The notes under the pieces were generated by a model. That model was not told the origin of the DNA. It saw only the letters and a program-made list of their open reading frames with translations, and did not search any database. A program made the position numbers and the translations under genes. This document shows positions 51,191 through 62,762 of a DNA stretch of 64,000 nucleotides, piece after piece. Origin of the DNA: Octopus sinensis (taxonomy: Eukaryota); the NCBI RefSeq assembly GCF_006345805.1, contig NC_043004.1, forward strand, positions 4,216,001 to 4,280,000, written 5' to 3'. Position 1 is the first letter of the stretch, and every line of letters starts with the position of its first letter.

Positions 51191-51571
51191 GTGACGAGCT
51201 GGCAGAATCATTAGTATGCAGTATTTCCCCTGTCACTACGTTCTGAGTTCAAATTCCACCAAAGTCGACTTTGTCTTTCATCCTTTCAGGGTCGATGAAA
51301 TAAGTAAGAGTTATATACTGGCATCAATATAATCAATCAGCCCCACCACCCCAAAAAAGTCAGGGTAACCATGGTCTTTTTTTTTATGGGGTTTTTCCAT
51401 GAGCAGCCCTCAAACGTCTCCACCCTATTGAGGATCACACATTGTTGATTTTTAAAAAGTTTTCTTAGTCTTGTTTACACGCAAAACCCTCACAACGTAC
51501 ACTCACACACATACACATACATTCTTTGTTTTGTCCTGTACCATCCATAATGTTTTTCTTAATGTAAAACC

Positions 51572-51609
<38 letters not shown>

Positions 51610-51678
51610 TACTATTATTATTATTTTTTTTATTATTATTATTATTATATACGTAAATACCTTTTTTAATGTAAAACC

Positions 51679-51719
<41 letters not shown>

Positions 51720-52558
51720 TACTATTATTATTATTATTATTATTATCATTATTATTATATACATAAATACGTTGTTTAATGTAAAACCTTTATTATTATT
51801 ATTATTATTATTGTTGTTGTTGTTGTTGTTGTAGTTGTTATTGTTGTTGTTGTTGTTGTTGTTATATACGTAAATACCTTGTTTCATGAAACTTATGCTT
51901 AATGTTAATATGACTGCTGATGACTCGAGTTATTTATTTAGAATTTAGGAAATGACACATGAATGCAGTTAACGGGTGCTCATCAGATATCAACATGTGG
52001 TTCAACAATATTTATAGAAAAAGAGAGTTTCTGATTTGAAAGTGTGACTGCGTTTGTGTGCACACACCCATACATATATACATAATTACATACATACATG
52101 CATATCCATAGACACACAGATACACATGCACACATACATACATACATACATACATACATACATACAGACAGACAGACAGACAGACAGACAGATAGACAGA
52201 CAGACAGATCTAGTCCATCACTGGAACTGTAGGAATCTGTAAAACTTTCCAGAAGTTTATCATTTAAATATATATGAGCATGTCTAGATATGCAACTATA
52301 TGCATGAGAATACATACATAAAACATACAACTCTGCCCATACATACATACAAAAATACACTGTTGTTGATGTTGAAATTCCAATGATGTAGCCTTGGATC
52401 TAGGTTAGAAACTGGTTCTTCCTCTATTGGCAAGAAATCTTGAAATAAACTGAATAATGATATACGTACATACAGGATGCACCAGCTGAAGGAATACAAA
52501 AACACCAAAAGGGAAGGACAATATATCCCCTAATAAAACACATTCATTCAACTAAATA

Positions 52559-52980
52559 GGCATAGGAGTGGCTATGTGGTAAGTAGCTTGCTTACGAACC
52601 TCATGGTTCTGGGTTCAGTCCCACAGCATGGCACCTTGGGCAAGTGTCTTCTACTATAGCCTCAGGCTGACCAATGCCTTGTGAGTGGATTTGATAGATG
52701 GTAACTGAAAGAAGCCCGTCGTATATATGTATATATATATACACAAGTATGTATGTGTTTGTGTGTCTGTGTTTGCCCCCCCCCCCCCCCCGCCAACATC
52801 ACTTGACAACCGATGCTGGTGTGTTTACATCCCTGTAACTTAGCGGTTTGGTAAAAGAGACCGATAGAATAAGTACTAAGCTTGCAAAGAATAAGTCCTG
52901 GGGTCAGTTTACTTCAATAAAGGCGGTGCTCCAGCATGTCCACAGTCAAATGACGGAAACAAGTAAAAGAGTAAAAAAGA
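52559..52980 (+). mobile_element. Full-length family A SINE
   Basis: Collinear with 48548-48970. Confidence 0.85.
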
Positions 52981-52989
52981 TTATACATA

Positions 52990-53515
52990 CATACATGGTG
53001 GTTGCCCCACCCCTTGTTATCGAGTATGGCCATTGCGCGAAGCTTAATCAATGTTGTTATGCAATGCCTGTGCAACAGCAGCCACAATCCGAAAAGAAGA
53101 ACAAGTCAACATCATCGGTAACCACTGAGCCGCAGTTTATGTCAGAGTTATCCCAGTTACCTGAGTTACCTTCTCCTAGAAGGATGCCCTAACAAAGGCT
53201 AGGAGTCCTTCACTCCCAATGGTTTAACTGCGAGATCAGGTATTCAGTCCGATTATTTCTATGTCCCCGCGCATGATACAGCCTTAAGACATTTATTGGG
53301 TGGCCCTTGCCTCTCAAGAGTTCCTCCGCCCTTTGACGGGTTTTGTTTTTCATCCCGCAGGGTGTCCAACAAACACCCTCCTCACCAAGCAAGCTTGGTG
53401 GGGTTGCTGGTTTAGTCACTGATGAGGGAACTTCCGGCAGGCCTCCCGGAAGAATCCAGCTCTGCACATAGGCACTGAAGACTTCCAAATTGGCGTCACT
53501 ACACATTCATACATA
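52990..53515. mobile_element. GC-richer repeat fragment, possibly a LINE (RTE-like) untranslated region
   Basis: There is an abrupt composition change, and it contains the palindrome caccaagc-aa-gcttggtg. The family assignment is from memory only. Confidence 0.35.
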
Positions 53516-53798
53516 CACACATAGTCACATGCATACGAGTTGTCTCACACGTACAAATTCTTCTGTGCAGACTCACACTTTATATTAGTCTTACACACAA
53601 GGCCATTAAATTGTTTGGACCTCAGTCAGGAGAGCGGCCTGAAGCTCAGGGAGCCAAGGGAGGATTCGTGTTGATTTCTTGATCCCTTCCTAAAAAAGTA
53701 AAAGTTCTTGAATTTTGAAAGGAATCCCAACCTCCTGCCGTCTGAAAGCAATCTTGGTCTGCGATGCGAAATTTATTTTGAGGTCTTGTTTACACGCT

Positions 53799-53836
<38 letters not shown>

Positions 53837-54622
53837 GCCAGCATATGCGCACAAAAACAGACACGCACACCACACACACAAATACACATGCACACACAAC
53901 AGCACATAAATACGCACCGACACACACACAAATACACACACGGATGCATATACATGTTTAAACACAGACACACACGCATACACATATACAACACATACAC
54001 ACGCACACGTGTACACATACACAAACACACACACCACATACAAACACATATACATACAAGCTCAAACATTCACACGCCTACATGCAAACACACACATACT
54101 TACACACACACACACACAAATAGTCTGTTGCCCATCTTCACCGCAACTACCACCAACAATAGCAACACATCAAACCAGTCATACGCTAATCTCAGTTAAT
54201 CCACCTGCCTTCTCATCCACCGTGTCTCAACATGGTTGGTAACAAGGAATATCATACTTTGTAAATCTTTGTTGAAAGATATTTAAGAGATTTTCTTTAC
54301 ATTCCCTTCATGCAAATATTCGTACCATTGCAACGCCATCATCATCATCATCGACGACAACAACAACATACTGATAATGTCATCGTCGTTGTCGTCGTTA
54401 CTATTGTCGGGGTCAATGTTATTGTTGTTTTTATTCATTAAGTTTAATCAGCAGTTTAATTAATTACTTACAATTAGCGATTTTAAGCATATTCTACAAA
54501 TTCACCGTTTGATATAGATAAGGACCACCGAAGAAGATGTAATTTTGTGTGTGTGTGTGTGTGTATAAGTAGATATGCATTAGTTCTATGTTGCCGTGTG
54601 CTTCTTTTCTGTTCTCCAAGTA

Positions 54623-54661
<39 letters not shown>

Positions 54662-54724
54662 GAGTAAACACATAAATGTGAAACAAGGTGGAAAAAAGAG
54701 TACTCAAATACCAGGGGTAGAGTA

Positions 54725-54832
54725 ATATGCTTTATTTAAAAGCAGCAGAAATTCAACAAAACCTGTTACTCGGAGTTTCACGTGAAACTCTGTGTAACAG
54801 GTTTTGTTGAAATTCTGCTGCTTTTAAATAAA

Positions 54833-54838
<6 letters not shown>
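54725..54838. repeat. Zero-spacer palindrome (57-bp arms)
   Basis: Centre tttcac|gtgaaa between 54781 and 54782, with about 4 mismatched pairs. Confidence 0.95.
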
Positions 54839-54870
<32 letters not shown>

Positions 54871-54874
<4 letters not shown>

Positions 54875-55906
54875 ATGAGTAGGTCAATTCGGGAAACAAA
54901 TGCTATGACCTACTTTGCTCGTTGTAGTCTGAAAGTCTGGGATATAAAGTTATTGTCCTTTGTTCTGCCAGATTCACGAAAGAGTAATGACTTTCGGAGA
55001 GACCTCTGCCCTTTTTCCGGTCAAAGGAGGGTCGAGGAAGCTACCCTTTAAAAAGCGACGAGCTGTGAGTTTGGGACAGTTCGGCCGGAGACAGTGAGTT
55101 GGTAACAGGGCAGTTGAGGAGTTCTGCTGAGACAGCAAAGAGGCCGGAGGAGGCGGTCAGTTGAGAAGACAGACACACCATCTGAGGGATGACAGGCGAG
55201 AGAATGACAGTGAACTGAAAGAGGAAAACAGGCAGATGGGATTACAGCGTGAGGCGGCGACGGCGTGGAGGAAGACAGACAGATAGTATTACGGAGCTAG
55301 GAGAGAGGGACTACGGTGTAAGGCATTGGCTGTTGTACGGTATGTGTTTACTTATGTTCAGATATGTGAAAAAAAAGGAAAAAGAAATGTAAAAGAATTG
55401 ATGAGAAAAGAGAAAGAAGGAAAAAGAGATTATAAAGAACATTGTGAATTGTGTTGATACGTGTTGAAAAAGAAAAGAGAAGGACTTTAATGTGATTTGA
55501 ACATTGGACTGTATCGTGAACATTAATTGATCTGAAATGTATTGAACTGTATCTGCATGTTTAAATGCTTTGATTTGTTGTTTTCTTTAATGTATACCTG
55601 ATGTATTTTTGATTTATTTGATGTTGTAATAATTGTATAAACTGTTGTTAAATGTAAGCCAAATTGCCTTCCGCCGTCTCTCTCTGTGTCTCTTCCTGCT
55701 CTTGTTGTTGTTGTTGTTGTTATCTCCGGTTGCCGGTTGCCGTGTTTGCTGCCGCTTCCCCCCCCACCCCGAGTTATCTCTCTCTCTCTGAGTTCCGTGG
55801 TGAGTTCGCCGATCAATCAGGCCGGTAAATCGTCGTCGCTCGACTTGGTAGGGTCCCGGGTTTTTCCCCGAAGAGTTTGAGCGACGGCAGGTGGGATTCC
55901 GTAACA
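54871..55906 (+). mobile_element. Solo LTR (1036 bp) inserted in a (TA)n tract
   Basis: Begins TGTTA and ends TAACA, with atat on both flanks. The interior is CpG-rich. Orientation is inferred from a TATA-like tttaaaaag at about 55047 followed by cagtt motifs. No adjacent PBS, PPT or second LTR was seen. Confidence 0.75.
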
Positions 55907-56516
55907 ATATATATATATATATTACGGAGATGTACTTGCATAGCAAGTGATTTGATCTGAGATCGTGTGCTGAAACGAAAACAATTGCAGCGTGGAAGGT
56001 GTTTGTAAGCTATTCAAGAAACACACAAAAGCCGTTCGATTCACTACAACATTTAAGTTTAATTTGTCATTTGTGTTTGTGTGTTGTGTTTGTCCCCCCC
56101 CCCCACACACACCAACATCGCTTGACAACCGATGCTGGTGTGTTTACGTCCCCGCAACTTAGCGGTTCGGCAAAAGAATAAGTACTAGGCTTACAAAGAA
56201 TAAATCCTGGGGTCGATGTGTCGACTAAAGGCGGTGCTCCAGCATGGCCACATTCAAATGACTGAAACAAGTAAAAGAGTATATATAATATGATATAAAT
56301 AACATACATACATACATACATACATACATACATACATACATACATACATACATACATACATACGTATGTATACAGGATGTCACCTGTAAACAACATGAAA
56401 TACAAACGAGTTAAATACGAAAACAGGACAAGTGACAGAAAGAACAACCCTTCATCAGTTGTCGGCTATCAATTCCTCATTTCGACCATTTAGTGATGAT
56501 ATAAACCTTCGAAGAC

Positions 56517-56577
<61 letters not shown>

Positions 56578-58547
56578 TGATGATGATGATGATGACAACA
56601 AAAGAATGAGACGGTTTTTCATAGCGTCTGTTGCCATTAATAGCCGACGAGAATGCTTTGTAGCTCTTCGCCCCGACGTTCGAAAAGTGATATAGAGAAA
56701 TAGTTCTGCTTTTCGGTGGTAAATTTGCGAATAAACCACCTTTATCATTTATAATTTTCACTTTTACCATTTATGAAATTAGTGTGAGATTCCTACGGTA
56801 ACTCTTATAAACTAACAAAGCGAGCTAACTTAACCCTAGGCCGGGTAAGAACCACTGACGATCATTAATAAAAATGCGAAATCACTGGTGATGTGGCTAT
56901 GCTTCGGATGCTGTCGTGAACTTACCTCCCTTGTCAGTCTTAAGATAAGTACTTTATTGTGGTTAAGAGTTGTTTTTGCCTCTTATTTCTAGCAATGCTG
57001 GTGCTAACTAGCACTGTTAGTCACCTTAGTGACGTCTATAGTTCTGCCTTTCGGTTACACACATACTGAGATGTGTGTTCGTATGTATGTGTGCATGCAT
57101 ATATGTGTATACGTAAGCATGTATCGCTAAAAATAATGTGTGTCTTTAAAATATCTTAATTTTGTATGCATGTCTGTGTGTATTTGTTATCAGTGAAAAT
57201 GATATCGCGATAATTTTAACAATCTTACTCAATTTATGTTCCCACCCAGTTTGTTTTCAGTTTGGAATTTTCTTCCTCGTAAATTCCATTCCAAGAGCAT
57301 GAAATGAATCGTCAATCCAGTAACCGTTTTTTACTTTTATTGGAATTGCTTACATCGCCTTTGCACATCTTTAGGCAATTGTTTTCTACCATAGTCTCGG
57401 GTTGACCACATTGTGAATTGAATGTGGAAAAGGGAAACTGGCCAACAGCACATATGAGTTTTGTATCCATGTTTGTGTTAATGTGTGTGACAACACTGCT
57501 GGTTACAAAACGGTAACTTAGCTGATCCATAATATAATGATCGATGAAATAAGTAAAACAAAATTATTAATGACATAAATAGAATTATTTGATGAATACC
57601 GAAGATTTGGTGGTACCATACGAGTTTCGTAAAACCAAAGAAGTTGCTAATTTTTTTTACAGAAGAGAATCTAAAATGTAGATCAATAAAATACAGTAAA
57701 ACCACCATAAACTAGAAACCTTTTAATAAGTATTAATCTAGCCGGAATTAGAATTATGTAATATCAATGTATGGTATAAAATATGGTATAAAATAAACAA
57801 CGAAACCACCATAATCAAGAAACCAAAGGACCCTTTGACAAGTTCAACCCTATGAGAATGAAGGACAACTTAAATCAACGAGAACATAAAATATAAAGAT
57901 TTATAGACCACAGGAACATAAAACATAAACTTCCATCATCAGCTTCCAAACAGATATCATTATGGTTTCGACACGTGTAACTGTATAAATACTCTATTAC
58001 ACAATAATGATCAATTTCTTGATTACAAATATTTATATCCTATTGTGTTGCATAACACAATAAAAGGTACTTTTTATTTTTATTTTTAGTGGTCCGCAAA
58101 TTTATACTCGTGTATTTTGTGAACCATATTCTGAAAAGTGTTGCGCTTTATTGATTTAGTGACTTTGCTTTTTATCCCATGTAATCTACAAAATTAAAAG
58201 CTATTAACTTTTAATATATGTCTTTTTAAGCGAATATATGTTCATATGCAAATATAAGAAATCACCTGTTTATTATGACAAACTAGATCGGTAAGAGATG
58301 ATAGATGGAAAGAAACCTAAGCAAAATTCTTCCTTAGTATTTAGTATGTATCACATAATTGGATGGCCGTTGACTCTCCTGAATTCATTTTCCATTTCAC
58401 GGGTCTTGTTATTCATCTTGTAATAGTGTATGTAAGCTAAGTTCTAAAGTTAGGCGGAGTGATCGCATAAAAAAAGCGCCATGACACATACCAAACAATT
58501 TTAACTAATTTCTCTTATGTCACGCGAAATATTTCAATAGTTATAAC

Positions 58548-58608
58548 ATTAGTGAATGTAGAATAATATTACGTATAACATACGTAATATTATTCTACAT
58601 TCACTAAT
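58548..58608. repeat. Perfect inverted repeat with 29-bp arms and a 3-nt loop
   Basis: attagtgaatgtagaataatattacgtat-aac-atacgtaatattattctacattcactaat. Confidence 0.95.
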
Positions 58609-61295
58609 TTCCTGATTCAGTAATAATGTCATTCTGTCTAAAACCTACAACTACGGATATCGGCGTGACGTGAAAAAGATGAAATTCCACGAGATAGTCC
58701 AGTATCGAGAGGTTACTACATCAGGGTTTGTTTTGGTTCTTCCACCTTCAGCGGCTACCAACAGAGAAGATTGAGCAGCCAGTTCAAAAACAAATGAGGT
58801 TGGCTAAATAAAGTAATAACTCCAGTAAGTTTTTTCAAGGCCATGAAATTAGCAAAAAATTAAAAAGAACGATTCGACTTTTATCGCACACGTAAACTAA
58901 AGAGTTAAAAAAATTGTTGAAAAGGCGCCAATTTTGAAAAATATGCTTGGGAGGAGGGGTCGCTCTCCTAGCATCCCTATTTGTTACTCCACTGCCCACA
59001 GGATGTCCACCATGCACACAATATGCGGTTTATTAACTTTTACCGCACAACTAATTTTAACTTGCTTTCCGATTCACTGGAATATAATGACTTGATTTAA
59101 AGTTTTCATATTCAGTATTACTAACCTTTATCAGTATACTACTAACAACGATAATTGTGTTTCTCATTCTATCGTTCTGTTTGTTGTCTTAAGTGTCAAT
59201 GACAGTTTAGACTGTGGTACAAGGATAACAAGTCAGAAACTAGAAGATCAGGCATAAAGTTTTAAGTATTTGTTATCTTAAATGATTTTATAGATTGATT
59301 AAACTACGTGTCAAATTGTTACTAACTACAGGGTCATTGTTGCACGTCCAGGAAAAGATGCAGGCTAATTCATCTACGAACTGTATTTCTGTACTAATCT
59401 TAATATAGATGTGGAATAATCGTTTCTTTTTGTGAGGAACGACGATGAATATCTAATAGTTGTGTGTGTATGTTTGATTATTTGTTTTCTATGTTCATAT
59501 TATGTAAACAAATATACGCGTATATAAAACCCAGAGCATAAGAGAAAGGAAGGAGCGAATTAAAAAAGAGAAAAAACGACAATCATTTGAACAATTTTGA
59601 AAGAGAACTTAAATTACTCAGATTCTTATGCCAAGAATGTCTTTATTCTCTCAAAGATTAGAAGTTGGATAAATAATGCTGTTGTCAGTCATAACTTTGG
59701 TATGGATGCTTCCAGAAAAAACAAAAAAAAAACAAAGATGTTCGATGATAGTGATTCTTCAACATCGCGCGCGCGTGCACGTGTGCTTTTGCGCTCACAT
59801 ATGTGTGTAAGTGTGTAACGACATAACTGGGAGGCGACGTCAATGTAACAAAATAACGATGAACTTTGAATGATGACGCATCGGAGAAATGAATGGATGA
59901 AGAACAATATTAATTATAAAGATGACCATTTATTTAGTAGGTTATATACATACATATATGTGTACAACGAAAAATACGAAGTACGACTACATGGAATACG
60001 AACTGTTTTTTCGAGCAACGAAAGACACAAATAGAAAACAAGACAAACAACATAAAGAACGACCTTTCATCAGTTGTTGGCTGTTTTTCTACTCTCGTAT
60101 TTCGAACATTTAACAACAAGATACGCTTTCGATAAAACAGTTGCTCCCGCAAAACAAATTAAATAAAATTTGGGATTTTGCGGAGGGTCAAAATTGGTAA
60201 CACAAACAGGAAGGGCTGCTAAGCCTAAACGAGGTTGTGGTGGCGAACGCATAAATCAAGCTTGGACAGGAGACAGACAAGAAGACGTCTTCCTTGTTCC
60301 AGCTACAACGTAGAGAAAGAAAGAAACACAAGTTAGGAGAAGAAAGAAAGATGGTCACGTGGGAGCCGCGTGAGCAAGGGAGGGAGAGAGTGTGACAGAG
60401 TAATAGAATAGAGTAGTGGGAGATGAGGAGGTAAAAGAATAAGACAGAGAAAGAGAGAAAAACAAAAAAGTGAGAAGATAGTATAGAGTGCGCATCAGAA
60501 TTATGAAGATAAAACTTACTTGGAAGAGGATGCGTGGCGTTCAATAATATAACAATATAAATAATACACACACACACACATATATATATAGTCGTCATGA
60601 TAGATCGAAAACGATATATGTGCGTGCGCGTGTGTGTGTGTGTAACAGTTGGTATTCGTTGCAGTCGAGGGTCACCAATCATAACGGTTAAACAATAAAA
60701 TGGAACGTCGGAGTCATCACCAATTGTAACGGTTGTTGTTGTTAAGGTGTTGGTAGCCAGTATGCAAGATGGAAGAAGAACAGTGATCGAAGTTGTAAAG
60801 AGATACTTATTTACCGTTACTTTGTATATATCCAAAACCACGATGGGTTGGTATGTATAATTAGTAAATGGAAAAGTATGCGAGGTAAAAAGAGTTAATT
60901 TCGGTTGGTATATGTGTACACGTTCTCATAGTAGTATATATAGGGAGATATGGTAATGTTGCAGAGAAAAGAAAGTGTGTTAGTGAAAGTGAGAGAGTTG
61001 AGGGAAGTTGCATCACATAGTTGCTGATTGTAACTTTCTTTTCCCCCTCTGGCCGTTTGGTCTCTAGTGGCTGCCTGCTTGTGACCATGACTCTAGTTGT
61101 CTGAAAACATTTCCTTATTCAAATTCCATTCTGTTCTATTGAATGTTAACGTTCAAGCTGTGTAAATGCTCTCATCCTGGATCGGAATAAATCCCTCTTG
61201 TACATGAAGTCTTCTCAAATCTAACACGAGTTGTTGTTGTTCCTCACTTGATTGATTCTAACAGCAATCAAAGGATGACCGAACATTATATTAAA

Positions 61296-61598
61296 TTGTT
61301 GTTTGTTCCTTCTCAAGCCACACCTGGCTCATAGGGCCGGTTTCCCGGTTTCCTTGGCGTATAGGTTCCCCACCTGGACGGGACGCCGGCTTATCGCAGG
61401 TGAGCTGCAAGATGCAGGAAGAAAGAGTGAGAGAAAGTTGTGGCAAAAGAGTCAGTAGAAGTTCGCCATTATATTCTGCAGGAGCCTCGTGGAGCTTAGG
61501 TTTTCGCTCATAAACACGCACATCGCCCAGTCAGAGATTCGAACCCGCGATCTCTCGACCGCAAGTCCACTGCTCTAACCACTAGGCCATATGCCTCC
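61296..61598 (-). mobile_element. tRNA-derived SINE with a Meta-domain-like core
   Basis: The head GGAGGCATATGGCCTAGTGGTTAGAGCAGTGGACTTGCGGTCGAGAGATCGCGGGTTCGAATC has clear A and B boxes. The core cctgcgataagccggcgtcccgtccagg...gaaaccgggaaaccggcc resembles the MetaSINE consensus as recalled. It ends in an (aac)-type tail. Confidence 0.7.
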
Positions 61599-61854
61599 AC
61601 TTATATTAAATTAGTTGACTAAAAACCCGCTAAAACATTTTCCTGTCACCCCCATCAATTTTGCCAACCACCATCATATTTTGTTGTTGTTGTTTTTCTT
61701 TCTTTCTTTCTGCTATTGGCACAAGGTTTGAAATTTTTTGGAGAGGGACTAGTCTATTACATCGACTTCAGTGCACCGAAAGGCAAAGTCGACCCCGTGC
61801 TAATGATTCTGTCGGCTCTCCACTTTTTTACTCTTTAATATTAAGATAACGCCA

Positions 61855-62265
61855 GGCAAGCAAGCTGGCAGAAACGTTAGCACGCCAGGCGAAATGCGTA
61901 GCCGTATTTCGTCTGCCGTTTCGTTCTTAGTCCAAATTCCGCCGAGGTCGACTTTGCCTTTCATCCTTTCTGGGTCGATAAATTGAGAACCAGTTGCGCA
62001 CTGGAGTCGATGTAATCGACTTAAATCTGTTTGTTTGTCCCCTCTGTGTTTAGCCCCTTGTGGTAGTAAAGAAATAGGTATTTCGTCTGCCGCTACGTTC
62101 TGAGTTCAAATTCCGCCGAGGTCGACTTTGCCTTTCATCCTTTCGGGGTCGATAAATTGAGTACCAGTTGCACACTGGGGTTGATATAATCGACTTGATC
62201 TGTTTGTCTGTCCTTGATTGTCCTCTCTGTGTTTAGCCCCTTGTGGGTAGTAAAGAAATAGGTAT
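61855..62265 (+). mobile_element. Head-to-tail family B SINE dimer
   Basis: Two successive units joined at aagaaatag|gtatttcgtc (about 62087). CpGs are intact. Confidence 0.9.
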
Positions 62266-62299
62266 TACAGTTCTATATTTAAAAGATGAGGAATTATGT

Positions 62300-62762
62300 A
62301 CATTATTTACATTTGACGAATATTTGTCCTCGTCTTGTTTGTTGTTAGCACAACGTTTCGGCTGATATACCCTCCAGCCTTCATCAGGTGTCTTGGGGAA
62401 ATTTCGAACCTGGATTCTCATTCCTAAGGTATTTTTCGATGTTGTTGTTATTATTATCATCATCATCATCATCATCATCATCATTATTATTATTATTATC
62501 ATTATTCAGGTCACTGCCTGGAATCGAACTGGGAATCTTGGAGTTAAGAGCGCGGACAACTAACCTCAAGATTCCGAGTTCGATTCCAGGCAGTGACCTG
62601 AATAATAATAATAATTACAACATTGAAAAATGCCTTAGGAATGAAAACCCAAGTTCGAAATTTCCCCAAGACATCTGATGAAGGCTGAAGGGTATATCAT
62701 GCCGAACACTGTACTAACAACAAACAAAATGAGGACAAATATCCGTCAAATGTAAATAATGT
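62300..62762. mobile_element. Large fold-back palindrome, probably derived from a Penelope-like element
   Basis: 62300-62548 is the approximate reverse complement of 62560-62762. Each arm carries a hammerhead-type core, which is a known association of Penelope-like elements. Confidence 0.75.
62349..62390 (-). ncRNA. Minimal type-I hammerhead ribozyme motif
   Basis: CAC-CUGAUGA-A-GGCUG-gaggguauau-CAGCC-GAAAC-GUU-GUG. Both core boxes are intact, with a 5-bp stem II, a 3-bp stem I (CAC/GUG), a palindromic AACGUU stem III and one extra A after A9. Confidence 0.65.

Noticed and set aside
50944-56770. Many poly-Y, poly-I, poly-L, poly-N and HT/CV ORFs
   Set aside because: These are translations of di- and trinucleotide microsatellites.
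56926-57060. Consensus minus-strand donor GAG|GTAAGT at 56925
   Set aside because: Stops occur in all three frames shortly upstream, and no acceptor or promoter evidence ties it to a transcript. It could be a UTR exon but is unsupported.
56400-60110. CTGATGA boxes on the minus strand at about 56455 and 60068, and CTGAGGA on the plus strand at about 38695
   Set aside because: No correctly placed GAAA box or closed stem II could be built, so these are at most decayed half-motifs.
60188-60841. Longest supplied ORF (217 aa, minus strand)
   Set aside because: It is low-complexity and runs through (CA)n, (TA)n and CT-rich tracts, with no recognisable domain.
61530-61598. tRNA-like sequence with A and B boxes (also the family A heads)
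   Set aside because: No complete cloverleaf or acceptor stem is evident and the sequence continues into a SINE body, so it is not called a tRNA gene.
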